Notes: generated by a model not told the origin, from the letters alone. A stretch of 49,695 bases of DNA from a virus (IMGVR_UViG_3300024981_000261:1-49695), one strand, 5' to 3'; shown: positions 17,314-27,524, numbered from the stretch's first letter. Translations and numbers: made by a program.

Positions 17314-18170
17314 AAGAAAAAGATATTATTGCTTGGTGGTCAGGTGGTGTATCATCTGCTGTTACTTGTTGGCTGTGTATTCAGATATTCGGAGCTGACA
17401 GAGTAAGAGTGATATTTCAAGACACCCGAAACGAGCATAAAGATACTTATCGTTTTTTGAAAGATTGCGAAAAATGGTATGGCATCGAAATAGAAACTAT
17501 ATCAAGCAAGGAATTTAACTCTATACAGGAGGTTTGGTATAAATATAAATCTCTCAGTGTTGCGGGGGGGGCAATTTGTTCTACTGAATTAAAGCGCAAT
17601 GTTCGCTTAGAATGGGAGAAAGAAAATACTTGGACTCATCAGGCTTTTGGGTTTGATCTAACAGAAGCACATAGAGCAGCCTCTATGATTAAAAATAGTC
17701 CTCATGTAAATGCTATATTCCCTCTATTGTTCTATGGATATGTGAAAAAGGACTGTATAAAAATATTAGAAGATCATGGTATTGAAATACCGTTCACTTA
17801 CAAGAAAGGCTATGAGAACAATAACTGTGACGAGACTGGGTGCACTCGTGGAGGTATTGGATATTGGCAGAAACGCCAAAGGGAAGAGCCCGAAAAGGTA
17901 ATAGCTATGGCTATACGTGAACATGAACTAACGAATCTGGCAGGTAAGCCTGTCACAATTTGTAAAGACCAAAGCAAAGAAGCTAAAAAGAAAGGCGGTT
18001 TTGTTCCTGTGTTCCTAATGCCACACCCTGACTATCCAGATGTTAAAGATATATCAATGATGAAAGGTAGACCGCCAGAACCATTAGTCGAATGTAACGG
18101 ATTTTGCGGTCTTGATGATTTGAAAGTATACTTTAAAAAGAAAGAAAAACAACAAGTATTACAATTTTAA
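17310..18170 (+). CDS. PAPS-reductase-like PP-loop protein
   Basis: WWSGGVSS PP-loop; CSTELKR, NNC...GC and ECNGFC cysteines. Confidence 0.75.
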   Translation: MKEKDIIAWWSGGVSSAVTCWLCIQIFGADRVRVIFQDTRNEHKDTYRFLKDCEKWYGIEIETISSKEFNSIQEVWYKYKSLSVAGGAICSTELKRNVRLEWEKENTWTHQAFGFDLTEAHRAASMIKNSPHVNAIFPLLFYGYVKKDCIKILEDHGIEIPFTYKKGYENNNCDETGCTRGGIGYWQKRQREEPEKVIAMAIREHELTNLAGKPVTICKDQSKEAKKKGGFVPVFLMPHPDYPDVKDISMMKGRPPEPLVECNGFCGLDDLKVYFKKKEKQQVLQF

Positions 18171-18203
18171 CCCCTCATTAATAACAGATAAAGAATAGAA
18201 GAT

Positions 18204-18677
18204 ATGAGTTTCAAATATTCAGTCATAGGAGACAATACAATAGAAAACAGAGAGCATCTGGAGAAGTTGGGGTATGATAATAATAGAATACTATATCTCA
18301 AAAAGAATGAATACGATATTATAATATCTGTATTCTTTGATGATGGTACTTATTCATATATGGAGGTTGATAAAGAGGAGCTTGATGCTTGGGTTGATAG
18401 TAATGAATGCAACGGTATTGAGGCTATCAACTGCATCGGCAACCCTCAATTATTCCAAGCTGTAACAGCTATGAGGGATGATAGCGATTATTTGCAGTGG
18501 TATAAAACAGACTTCGACAATAAACTTATCCCCGATTTAAAAGAGATGTATTTATGTGAATCGAGAGAGTTTTTCGGAATCACAGTGAAATACAAAGGTG
18601 AGGATTTCGTAATAGGATCAGCAGGCTTTCACAAATCCACCCTCGCCGAGCTTCAATCCCATTTCCAACGTGTATAG
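18204..18677 (+). CDS. Hypothetical protein
   Basis: ORF track. Confidence 0.7.
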   Translation: MSFKYSVIGDNTIENREHLEKLGYDNNRILYLKKNEYDIIISVFFDDGTYSYMEVDKEELDAWVDSNECNGIEAINCIGNPQLFQAVTAMRDDSDYLQWYKTDFDNKLIPDLKEMYLCESREFFGITVKYKGEDFVIGSAGFHKSTLAELQSHFQRV

Positions 18678-18737
18678 AAAAACTCACTTTCCTATACATG
18701 AAATTTTAACGTGTATAATTTTTAAAGAAAAATAGAT

Positions 18738-19097
18738 ATGATACACCTAACAGATAAACACATAGCCGTAGAGATTCCAGAGGATGCCTGTAATGTGCAA
18801 ATATCAGATAACGGATGCTTTTCATACAAGACGGTTATCAATGAGTACAGAAGCTCATATTGCATTACATCTGGATTTAATAATCATTCTTTAGTCGGCG
18901 TTACTCCGCTAACAGAGGAACAATGGGATACTATAGTTTATAAATTCGAAGGATACGGATATATGAATTATTTAGTTAAGCCTCAATTCGGTGGATATTC
19001 AATTAAAAATTCAATGGAAAGTGGCATCTCTCTTCTCAAATCAAAAGGACTCAACCCCAACAAGAAGTACGCAATTATTAAAATTGAAAAGGAATGA
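18738..19097 (+). CDS. Hypothetical protein
   Basis: ORF track. Confidence 0.7.
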   Translation: MIHLTDKHIAVEIPEDACNVQISDNGCFSYKTVINEYRSSYCITSGFNNHSLVGVTPLTEEQWDTIVYKFEGYGYMNYLVKPQFGGYSIKNSMESGISLLKSKGLNPNKKYAIIKIEKE

Positions 19098-19777
19098 AAA
19101 AGATAATGTTTAATGATCGGTTCGGACTTACCGATGCAGTTTTAGAAGGCAGAAAGACTGTTACAAGGAGAATAGTTAATATAAAAGACTGCTCCGAATC
19201 ACATAAGCACTACAATGGTGCTGATTGGAAAGATGAACCGATGCAACTTATCATCAATAAGGATAAAGACGGCTCGGGTTGTTATTGTTATCTGTGCGGT
19301 AATGGTGTTAGCCCAAAGAATAAGTATTGCGGTATTCCTTTACCCTACCAAGTCAGTGAGGTTGTCACTATTGCCCAACGATATGAGGATATTATTAGCG
19401 GTGCTAGGTTTGATAATTGGGAGATAAAAGAGCTTCAATTATCAGCGGGATACACAAATAAGATGTTCGTCAAAGCAGAGCTCATGCCAAATAAAATAGA
19501 AATATTAAATGTAAGAGCCGAAAGGCTGCAAGATATTACCGATGAAGATTGCATCAAAGAAGGAATAATGGAAACTAGATACAAGTCTGCATCTGGTGAG
19601 TGGAATAAATATTATTGGCATTTCGGTGTGACAAAAGATAATTGCCCTCATGGACAATATAAAGAATATAAAACCCCTCGTGAAGCATTCGCCTCTCTTA
19701 TTGACAAAGTAGGTAAAAAAGGTACATGGGAAAGAAACCCTTATGTATTCAGATACGAATTTAAGAAACTCAAATAA
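19094..19777 (+). CDS. ASCH/PUA-like phage protein
   Basis: GRKTVTRR, ERLQDITDEDCIKEG, WERNPYVF. Confidence 0.7.
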   Translation: MKKIMFNDRFGLTDAVLEGRKTVTRRIVNIKDCSESHKHYNGADWKDEPMQLIINKDKDGSGCYCYLCGNGVSPKNKYCGIPLPYQVSEVVTIAQRYEDIISGARFDNWEIKELQLSAGYTNKMFVKAELMPNKIEILNVRAERLQDITDEDCIKEGIMETRYKSASGEWNKYYWHFGVTKDNCPHGQYKEYKTPREAFASLIDKVGKKGTWERNPYVFRYEFKKLK

Positions 19778-19778
19778 C

Positions 19779-20045
19779 ATGAAAGAAATAAAGTTTACGA
19801 TCCCTACATCTTTTAAAGAATTAAAAGACAGTATAATTATTAAATTAAAGTGGTTGGGACATCCAACAAGAAGGCAAAACCACGCTAAAGTTCTCACAGA
19901 ACTGGAAAAAGAGATATGTGCTGAATTAAATAGCGGTTATTGGTCGGCTGATATTTCAGAGACTATGCGGAAATCATTGACTGGTGGATATCCGAATGGC
20001 AAAATAAACAGATTGATAAATAAAGCATATAGAGAACTCAAATAA
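19779..20045 (+). CDS. Hypothetical protein
   Basis: ATG at 19779. Confidence 0.6.
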   Translation: MKEIKFTIPTSFKELKDSIIIKLKWLGHPTRRQNHAKVLTELEKEICAELNSGYWSADISETMRKSLTGGYPNGKINRLINKAYRELK

Positions 20046-20046
20046 T

Positions 20047-20223
20047 ATGGAAAGATATAAGGTTTGTCATTATTGTGGCTCTATGGTTGATGTGTACAAT
20101 ACATATTCAGAGTGTTTTCCTGAATCTAACATTTACTATTGCGATGATAATTGTTACCGTAAAGAAGAAAAGCGAGAATCGCCAAAAGATATTGAGAAAT
20201 TCAATGAAAACTATAAAGAATAA
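20047..20223 (+). CDS. 58-aa Cys-rich protein (not in ORF track)
   Basis: CHYC...YCDDNC, TRASH-like metal-binding pattern. Confidence 0.55.
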   Translation: MERYKVCHYCGSMVDVYNTYSECFPESNIYYCDDNCYRKEEKRESPKDIEKFNENYKE

Positions 20224-20228
20224 ATAAC

Positions 20229-20609
20229 ATGGAAGAAATAAAAGCAGGGGATATAATGCTGAATAATTGGTTTATAGGGTATGATGGTAAACCATTTCAA
20301 TGGAAAGGATATCATTTTGGAATGATAGAAAATGAAGTTGAATGTGTAACTATTGACGAAATAATCAAATCTGCCATCCCCCTAACAGAAGATATACTGT
20401 TGAAGGCAGGGTTTAAACGAAACAAGTTTGGGATTGATCCTTATAATTCAAGTGATGGATGGCTTAACTATTCTTTCGGGCTTACAATTTGGAATGATGG
20501 TCGATTATTTTATGGCTGGATAGGTGGAAACATTGAGGTAAAATATCTCCACCAACTCCAGAATCTATTCAAATCACTAACAGGAAACGATTTAAAGATA
20601 GAAGTATGA
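20229..20609 (+). CDS. Hypothetical phage protein
   Basis: IPLTEDILLKAGF and YLHQLQNLF motifs. Confidence 0.75.
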   Translation: MEEIKAGDIMLNNWFIGYDGKPFQWKGYHFGMIENEVECVTIDEIIKSAIPLTEDILLKAGFKRNKFGIDPYNSSDGWLNYSFGLTIWNDGRLFYGWIGGNIEVKYLHQLQNLFKSLTGNDLKIEV

Positions 20610-20764
20610 AAGCAAAAATAGTACAAGGCGGAATAGGCACTTATGAGGTATGGGTTAAAAGAAGTTGGATTCTGCCATATCAACCTATTTATGATGGAAT
20701 GTTCCCTTTCAGAGGGTCACTAAAAGAAGCGAAAGAATTGGCTAACAAAATAAATAATAAGTAA
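20606..20764 (+). CDS. 52-aa hypothetical protein (not in ORF track)
   Basis: MKAKIVQGGIGTYEVW...; fills the gap exactly. Confidence 0.55.
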   Translation: MKAKIVQGGIGTYEVWVKRSWILPYQPIYDGMFPFRGSLKEAKELANKINNK

Positions 20765-20767
20765 CCC

Positions 20768-21103
20768 ATGAACGAAGAAATAAAAAAACTGATAGAGCTT
20801 AGAATAAATGCAGGAGTAATTGAGAATCGTAGCAACTACGCTCTTTTCAATGAAGGTATGCGTAAAGGTTCTGAAATAGCTAAAGAAATCATCCTCTCCA
20901 AGTGGCAAGAAGCTGAAAGGTGGAGAAATGTAGAAGAGGAATTGCCGGATATAGACGATTATTTACAACACTCCGTTGTTGCTTATCTTGTTAAACTGGA
21001 TTCTGGTGCATACGCATTAGCTGTATATCATGATGATGGTATATGGTTAGAATCTGGAACAGAGCATGATTTAAACGTTACCGAATGGAAACCCATATCA
21101 TAA
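20768..21103 (+). CDS. DUF551-like protein
   Basis: WRNVEEELP...VTEWKPI. Confidence 0.65.
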   Translation: MNEEIKKLIELRINAGVIENRSNYALFNEGMRKGSEIAKEIILSKWQEAERWRNVEEELPDIDDYLQHSVVAYLVKLDSGAYALAVYHDDGIWLESGTEHDLNVTEWKPIS

Positions 21104-21118
21104 CATAACGGAAAGAAG

Positions 21119-21412
21119 ATGAAAGTATACATATCAGGCCCTATTACCGGGATGCCTTACGAAGAAGTTGAAAAAGCATTCAACGATGCAGAAATAAGAC
21201 TTCAAGAGCAGAGTCACGAAGTAGTAAACCCACTTAATAATGGTTTGCCTCGTGAATCAACATGGAACGAACACATGAGAGCCGATCTAAAGCTATTACT
21301 TGATTGTGATGCTATCTACCTACTCAAAGGCTATCAAAACTCAAAAGGAGCGATGATAGAATACGATTTAGCAAGGATATTGCACTTTGATATAATAGAG
21401 CAACTAAAATGA
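21119..21412 (+). CDS. DUF4406, nucleoside deoxyribosyltransferase-like
   Basis: VYISGPITG, CDAIYLL, SKGAMIE. Confidence 0.85.
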   Translation: MKVYISGPITGMPYEEVEKAFNDAEIRLQEQSHEVVNPLNNGLPRESTWNEHMRADLKLLLDCDAIYLLKGYQNSKGAMIEYDLARILHFDIIEQLK

Positions 21413-21759
21413 AGGAACTAATATTAGATTTAAGAGATAGCTCGGTTGCTTTGATTGGAGTATTATGCCAATTCATCTGGGATATACTGAGAATTATATT
21501 TTTTATAATAGGATATCCGTTCTCTATGTTTTATAGACTATTTATAAGCCCTTTTCATGTATCAGTATGGTATAAGTATCATTTCACTGATTACTATCAA
21601 AAGCATCTAAATAAATATACTGTTCAGCGTATGTTAAGGCTATTAAAGTTTGATAGGGCAAAAAGGCATAAATCATTATATGTTAGAAATGAGCGAAAAT
21701 GGGCTGTTAAAATATTAAAGAGATATAGATACGAAAACAGTAAATCTCATAATTTATGA
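21409..21759 (+). CDS. Hypothetical membrane protein
   Basis: Hydrophobic N-terminal half. Confidence 0.6.
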   Translation: MKELILDLRDSSVALIGVLCQFIWDILRIIFFIIGYPFSMFYRLFISPFHVSVWYKYHFTDYYQKHLNKYTVQRMLRLLKFDRAKRHKSLYVRNERKWAVKILKRYRYENSKSHNL

Positions 21760-21837
21760 CATTTTTTAAAAATATTCCCGGTTTAAATATCAAAAGTGAG
21801 GGTTCGTCACCGAGCTAGTACAACAAAATGTAACAAA

Positions 21838-22059
21838 ATGAAAGTATACAGAATTAAACACAAGCCGACTGGGTTGTTTTGGAACGGATTTGATGATACA
21901 CTAGATGAAAAAGGATCCGTAATACAATATAAACCTGATCTTTCAATTGGACTGTTCGTTTGGACTTGCGACACATCAATAACACCTAGCGATCAGTGGA
22001 CTAATATTATCATCCCAGAATCAGAACTAGAAGTAAAAGAATACGACTTAGAAGATTAG
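21838..22059 (+). CDS. Hypothetical protein
   Basis: ATG at 21838. Confidence 0.65.
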   Translation: MKVYRIKHKPTGLFWNGFDDTLDEKGSVIQYKPDLSIGLFVWTCDTSITPSDQWTNIIIPESELEVKEYDLED

Positions 22060-22061
22060 CC

Positions 22062-22259
22062 ATGGCAAAAAGAAAAGGAAGCACAGGTATAGAAGTAGCA
22101 TTAAGATATAAGCGTTTTTCTGAATTAAGAAAGCAAGGTCTAAAAGTAGAAGATATTGGAAACATAGTCGGCTACGATCACTCAACAGTATCATACGGAG
22201 TAAAAATGTACAACAAGAACCAAAGCATGTACGATAAGATAATAGAAGCGAATAAGTAG
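22062..22259 (+). CDS. Small HTH protein, DnaA C-terminal-like
   Basis: EDIGNIVGYDHSTVSYG. Confidence 0.65.
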   Translation: MAKRKGSTGIEVALRYKRFSELRKQGLKVEDIGNIVGYDHSTVSYGVKMYNKNQSMYDKIIEANK

Positions 22260-22300
22260 ATTTTAAATAGTATTTGGATATTAAATAACAAAAAATACAA

Positions 22301-22867
22301 ATGAAAGTAGGTACAAAAAGTATATTATTCGGAGTCCATTTCTTTTTATGGCATCCAATATTAGTGTTTATAGCCTGGTGGAAATTATACGGATTCCCGT
22401 ATGATCCTAGATTGTGGGTCTCTTTTATTGTCCACGATTTAGGGTATTGGGGCAAACCGAATATGGACGGAGAAGAGGGTGAAACTCATGTGGAACTAGG
22501 GGCGAAAGTCATGGAGTATTTATTCGGTAAAGAGTGGGGTGATTTCTCTCGTTATCATTCTAGATTTTATGCAAAGAAAGACAATAAGAGACCCTCTAAA
22601 TTATGTATAGCCGATAAACTTGCCATGTGTTTAGAACCTACATGGTTTTATTTGCTTCGCGCATCTCTAAGTGGAGAAATACATGAATATATGGGGAATG
22701 CTATAAAAAGACAAGATAAGGGAGAGCCCTTAACTAAATACGAATCGATGAACCTTAATCTTAATTCTAAAAGAGCTTGGTTCTCTTCGTGTAAATCGTA
22801 TATGTTGCGTTGGATAGACGAACACAAGGACGGGAGAGAAGATACATGGACACCAAAAACAACCTAA
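22301..22867 (+). CDS. HD-superfamily-like protein
   Basis: H...VHDLG...H...HSR...ADK pattern. Confidence 0.55.
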   Translation: MKVGTKSILFGVHFFLWHPILVFIAWWKLYGFPYDPRLWVSFIVHDLGYWGKPNMDGEEGETHVELGAKVMEYLFGKEWGDFSRYHSRFYAKKDNKRPSKLCIADKLAMCLEPTWFYLLRASLSGEIHEYMGNAIKRQDKGEPLTKYESMNLNLNSKRAWFSSCKSYMLRWIDEHKDGREDTWTPKTT

Positions 22868-22871
22868 CAAT

Positions 22872-22912
22872 AAAGGCAACCCCACATCACTAAGGTTGCC
22901 TTATCTTTTCTT
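22872..22912 (+). terminator. Possible terminator ending the early/middle region
   Basis: AAGGCAACC/GGTTGCCTT stem with T-rich tail. Confidence 0.55.
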
Positions 22913-22973
22913 TAAACCTAAATAAAAAGTACTCTGCAATACAAAGTTAGTAATAATTTAAATTGCATAGTAT

Positions 22974-23426
22974 ATGGAAACCGTTAAAATTCAAGAGAAA
23001 GGATTACTTCAAAAGAGAATTACCGACCTAGAAAACTACCAAATACAATTAGACAAACTTCGTGAAGTAGAAAAGATAGTTCTAAAGTCAGACTTAAAAG
23101 ACATAGATACTATTTACAAAGTGTACGATTGGGTAACTCAATTATGCAAAGAACGAGAAGAAATAAATAACTTCAGGTACGATACAAAACATTACTTCTT
23201 AATTATCGCTGCATTGCTTTATTCGCCCCGGATATTTGCAGGGCAATTCCTTGAAAGAGGCAAGCGGGATGTTATCGCAGATGTCCTAAACTTATCACCT
23301 TCTCATATTTCAAATAGTTTGCGTTCTGTTTGCTCGTGGTATAAGTACTACAAAGACTTTCAGCTCTCTCTTGACTACCTTTATAGTGAGATATTGTTTA
23401 GGATTGAGTTAAATCAGATGAAATGA
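22974..23426 (+). CDS. Hypothetical protein with C-terminal HTH-like segment, candidate late regulator
   Basis: DVIADVLNLSPSHISNSLR; sits ahead of packaging genes. Confidence 0.55.
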   Translation: METVKIQEKGLLQKRITDLENYQIQLDKLREVEKIVLKSDLKDIDTIYKVYDWVTQLCKEREEINNFRYDTKHYFLIIAALLYSPRIFAGQFLERGKRDVIADVLNLSPSHISNSLRSVCSWYKYYKDFQLSLDYLYSEILFRIELNQMK

Positions 23427-24127
23427 TAGAAGAATTAAATATAGACATAGACATTCCGGATATTGACTTTGACATGGCAATAGCCGACAATGGATTTGAT
23501 AACCGTTACAAGAGAGCTAAAGTTGCAAAAGAGTTACCGGGGAATAAAATTAAATATAGCAACGCCTTAAAACTAGCAAAAGGCATCAAACTAGATAAGG
23601 GTATTCGTTACAACTGCATAGTAGCAGGCAATTTCATTTTCGGTGATTTTATCGAAGCATTCATTGTCAATAATAATGCAAAATGTAAAAGGCTCACTAT
23701 ATCTACACTATCATTAGATCAAAATAATGTAGATAGCCTCTTTAATTTAATCAGCGGTCAGTTTGTGGACGAATTAAACCTTATCCTTTCAGATTACTTC
23801 TATGCACATGAAAGAAAGTCTCTGATCCCATATATCTATGACAAGTTAGATATAGATAATCGTTTTCAATTAGCATCAGCGGGGAGCCACACAAAGATTG
23901 CGATGTTTGAAACTTTAGGAGGAAAGAAAGTCGTAATTCATGGAAGTGCTAATCTGAGAAGCTCTAGTAACATAGAGCAATTTGTAATAGAAGAAAATAC
24001 CGAACTATATGATTTTTGGATGGAGTACCACATGAACATCATCCAAGAATATAAAACAATAAACAAAGAGGTCAAACGAAACAAGTCCCTAAGAGGTCAA
24101 AAGCTATGGGATATAATTAATAAGTAA
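23423..24127 (+). CDS. Phospholipase-D-superfamily single-domain protein
   Basis: HTKIAMFE (HxK) followed by IHGSANL and NIEQ. Confidence 0.75.
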   Translation: MIEELNIDIDIPDIDFDMAIADNGFDNRYKRAKVAKELPGNKIKYSNALKLAKGIKLDKGIRYNCIVAGNFIFGDFIEAFIVNNNAKCKRLTISTLSLDQNNVDSLFNLISGQFVDELNLILSDYFYAHERKSLIPYIYDKLDIDNRFQLASAGSHTKIAMFETLGGKKVVIHGSANLRSSSNIEQFVIEENTELYDFWMEYHMNIIQEYKTINKEVKRNKSLRGQKLWDIINK

Positions 24128-24131
24128 AATT

Positions 24132-24254
24132 ATGGCATCAGGAAGCACCGGAGGTGGAAGCGGATCACGGATAAGAAGGTCAACATCTGCAAGTAGAAGA
24201 TCACCAAGTTATCAATCATCAAATTCGGGTGGGGCAAATTATGTTCCATTCTGA
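24132..24254 (+). CDS. 40-aa Ser/Gly/Arg-rich peptide (not in ORF track)
   Basis: MASGSTGGGSGSRIRRSTSASRRSPSYQSSNSGGANYVPF. Confidence 0.6.
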   Translation: MASGSTGGGSGSRIRRSTSASRRSPSYQSSNSGGANYVPF

Positions 24255-24285
24255 TAAAACGAGGATAAAACGAGGATTAATATAA

Positions 24286-24702
24286 ATGGGAGTAAAGAAA
24301 AGCAGCTTAAAAAATCTAGAAAAAGGTTCTCGGTTTACATCGCAGAACCAACCTAAAAACGCAGGACGCAAGCCATCAAGATTTAAAGAGATAATCGGAG
24401 AACTTGATGAGCTTGGAGAATCTTTGTCTTTGGAGGATTTCAACAAAGTTGTTAAATCGTTGCTAATACTCAACAAAGACCAGTTAGTGGATCTCGCAAA
24501 AAAAGAAGATACCCCTATTGCTGTAGTTATTATTGCTTCTTCGATAGCCGGAGATATAGAAAACAAACAACTAGGAAACTTGGATAGATTGCTTGATCGA
24601 GTATATGGGAAGGCGACACAGAAAAATGAGGTTACAGGCAAAGACGGTAAAGACTTAATCTCTTCTATTCAGATAATAGATAAAACAGGACTATTCAAAT
24701 GA
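24286..24702 (+). CDS. terS: Terminase small subunit
   Basis: GR..., LLDRVYGK, EVTGKDG; overlaps terL. Confidence 0.75.
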   Translation: MGVKKSSLKNLEKGSRFTSQNQPKNAGRKPSRFKEIIGELDELGESLSLEDFNKVVKSLLILNKDQLVDLAKKEDTPIAVVIIASSIAGDIENKQLGNLDRLLDRVYGKATQKNEVTGKDGKDLISSIQIIDKTGLFK

Positions 24703-25919
24703 ACTTAGACATCGAGATAGTAGATAAAAAAGAGGATATAAACCCCGAAAAACTGCAAGCTACTAAAGTATTCGGAATAGTAGCACAGGCAGTCAAGATG
24801 GGGTTTACGACTGTTTCATGTCAAGGTAGTAGCCGAAGCAGCAAGACATATAATATCCTTATACTGCTTATCGTGTATTGTCTGATTATCCCTAATCTAT
24901 CAGTGTCAATAGTCCGATCTACATTGCCAGCTATAAAAGGGTCGGTATTTCGAGACTTCAAAGATATATTATTTAGATTAGGCATTTTTGAAGATAAGTG
25001 TCTAAATAAAACAGAAATGATATACACTTTCGGGAATGGCTCTTTTATTGAGTTCTTTTCTACCGACTCAGAACAAAAGTTAAGGGGACGTAAAAGGCAT
25101 ATTCTTTATGTAAATGAAGCAAATGAGATATCACATATTGAGTGGGTGCAGCTCCAAATGCGTACAACAATGTATGCAATAGTAGATTATAACCCATCAT
25201 TTAGTGATGATCATTGGTTGTGTGATTTAAACAAAGAAGAAAAGACATTTCATTTCATTTCTACATATAATGATAATCCGTTTTTAGAGCAAACAGTAAT
25301 AGACAGCATTGAGAGCCTTGAACATAAAAATAAGTCTCTTTGGCGGATATACGGTTTAGGTTTGCAGTCTCAAATCGAAGGATTGATATTCAAGAACATC
25401 GAAATAGTAGAAGAAATCCCTCAATGGGTTAAAAAGAGTTGGATAGGACTTGACTTCGGATATACTAATGATCCAACAGCAGCGATTAAGGTATGTTTAT
25501 TGGATAATGATCTTTATTTAGATGAATTATTTTATAGCACACACATGTTGTCTGGCGATATAATAAGGCAGCTGAAGCCGTATCATGATATGAAAATTAT
25601 ATCAGAAAGCGCAGACCCAAGATTGATACAAGAAATAAAAAATGCTGATATAAACATCTATCCAGTAGAGAAATTTAAAGGTTCTATTGTTGCCGGTGTA
25701 CAAAAAATGGACGAGTATAATATAAAAGTAACACGCCGATCTACTAATCTGATAAAAGAGTTCCGAAATTATGTTTGGATGCAAGATAAAGATGGTAGAT
25801 GTACAAATATGCCAATAGATAATTATAATCATGGTATAGACGCAAGTAGATATGTTGTCCTTTCCGAAATATTGGGTAGATATAGAAAGGCTTTAGACTT
25901 AACAGGAGTTTTCCACTAA
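24699..25919 (+). CDS. terL: Terminase large subunit, PBSX/SPP1 type
   Basis: GSSRSSKT, VNEANE, DYNP, GLDFGYTNDP, NHGIDASRY. Confidence 0.95.
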   Translation: MNLDIEIVDKKEDINPEKLQATKVFGIVAQAVKMGFTTVSCQGSSRSSKTYNILILLIVYCLIIPNLSVSIVRSTLPAIKGSVFRDFKDILFRLGIFEDKCLNKTEMIYTFGNGSFIEFFSTDSEQKLRGRKRHILYVNEANEISHIEWVQLQMRTTMYAIVDYNPSFSDDHWLCDLNKEEKTFHFISTYNDNPFLEQTVIDSIESLEHKNKSLWRIYGLGLQSQIEGLIFKNIEIVEEIPQWVKKSWIGLDFGYTNDPTAAIKVCLLDNDLYLDELFYSTHMLSGDIIRQLKPYHDMKIISESADPRLIQEIKNADINIYPVEKFKGSIVAGVQKMDEYNIKVTRRSTNLIKEFRNYVWMQDKDGRCTNMPIDNYNHGIDASRYVVLSEILGRYRKALDLTGVFH

Positions 25920-25929
25920 AAACGAATAT

Positions 25930-27411
25930 ATGACATTACAAGAGATACTATCACAAGAAAATATAGCCGATAAGATAAAACTTATTAAACAGGCTAGGAA
26001 AACACCCATAGTTGAAGTAGAGCAGTTAAAAAAAGATTGGGATCCGATGCTTCACGATGTTATGGATAAGACTTTACGCCCTGACGAGATAAAAGTTATA
26101 AGCCCGGAAGAAAAAGACACTTTGACAGGAAAAGTTACCAAAGCTGCTATTACAAAAGATGAGCCGGTTAATCGCATTCCCTTACCGCTCGAACAGGATA
26201 TCGTGAATATTCATACTGCATTTACTGTAGGTAATGAGCCTGATTTGACATGTGAAACAGAAGATGATAAAGAAAAAGAGCTATTCAAAGTCGTAAAGAC
26301 AATAGACCGAAAAAACAAGGTTAAATATCTCAATAAAAGGATTGTTCGTTCATGGCTTGCTGAAACAGAAGTAGCTGAATATTGGTATACAGTTGAAGAT
26401 AAAAGTTTTTGGAAATTAATACTCAATAAAGTAAAATCTGTTTTTGGTGTTAAGGCTAACGCTACACGTAAATTCAAATGTGCTGTCTGGTCGCCTTTCC
26501 GTGGCGATACTCTTTGGCCATTCTTTGATGATGCCAATGATTATAAAGGCTTAGGACGTGAATATATGATCAAGCAAGCTGATGGCACTACTATTAATTA
26601 CTTCCAGTTTGTAGATGATAATTCAGTATATCTATGGGTGCAAAATGGTGCTGACTGGTCTAATGCTCCGGGGTATCCATTTAAGCATAACTTCAAAAAG
26701 AACCCAACAATATACTCATACAGGGAGAAATCATTATGCGCTAATATAAGACCTATCAGGAATAGGTTAGAAACAATAATATCTAACTATGGAGATTGTA
26801 TTGATTATAATTTCTTTCCTAAGTTGGTTGCAACCGGTAAAGTTATAGACAATAATCCGAAGGCAGCAAGAGGGGGTCTTGTAGAACTAGAAAATCAAGG
26901 AGACTTAAAATATCTTTCATGGCAGCAAACGCCTGAAGCTGCAAAACTAGAAATAGATACACTTACAGAGAATGCTTATTCCCTCACAAATACACCTCGT
27001 ATAAGCTTTGAAAACTTACGGGGTATGGGGAATGCTTTCTCTGGTATAAGCTTTAAATATGCTTTTATGGGTGCTCACATGGCAGTAGAAATGCACGCTG
27101 AGACATTAGGAGAGCATTTGCAACGACGTTATAACTTTCTTGTCTCTGCTATAGGGTCGGTTAATACTGCTTATGCTGATGCGTCTGAGACTATCGATAT
27201 AGATGTTCAGATTGTACCTTACATGATCGATAGTACTTCTGACAAGATTAAAAACGCTGCTGATGCTGTTATGGGTGGTATCGCATCACGCAAGACAGGT
27301 ATCATACTTGCTGGATTAGTTGAAGAGGACAATGTAGATCAGGAGCTTTCGGATATTGAGGAAGACGAAAAGAAGAAAAATGAAGTAAGTAATTATCCTA
27401 TAGGAGTATAA
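25930..27411 (+). CDS. Portal protein, SPP1 gp6-like
   Basis: Position after terL, size, TPRISF...GN..SG motif. Confidence 0.9.
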   Translation: MTLQEILSQENIADKIKLIKQARKTPIVEVEQLKKDWDPMLHDVMDKTLRPDEIKVISPEEKDTLTGKVTKAAITKDEPVNRIPLPLEQDIVNIHTAFTVGNEPDLTCETEDDKEKELFKVVKTIDRKNKVKYLNKRIVRSWLAETEVAEYWYTVEDKSFWKLILNKVKSVFGVKANATRKFKCAVWSPFRGDTLWPFFDDANDYKGLGREYMIKQADGTTINYFQFVDDNSVYLWVQNGADWSNAPGYPFKHNFKKNPTIYSYREKSLCANIRPIRNRLETIISNYGDCIDYNFFPKLVATGKVIDNNPKAARGGLVELENQGDLKYLSWQQTPEAAKLEIDTLTENAYSLTNTPRISFENLRGMGNAFSGISFKYAFMGAHMAVEMHAETLGEHLQRRYNFLVSAIGSVNTAYADASETIDIDVQIVPYMIDSTSDKIKNAADAVMGGIASRKTGIILAGLVEEDNVDQELSDIEEDEKKKNEVSNYPIGV

Positions 27412-27524
27412 CTAAAATTTAATAAGTATGAAAGCAATCCTAAACTTTCTACGCTCTCTATATCACAGAGAGAATAGACCAACGAGAAGATATAAGAGTG
27501 GTAAACGAAAAAGAATTTAAGATC

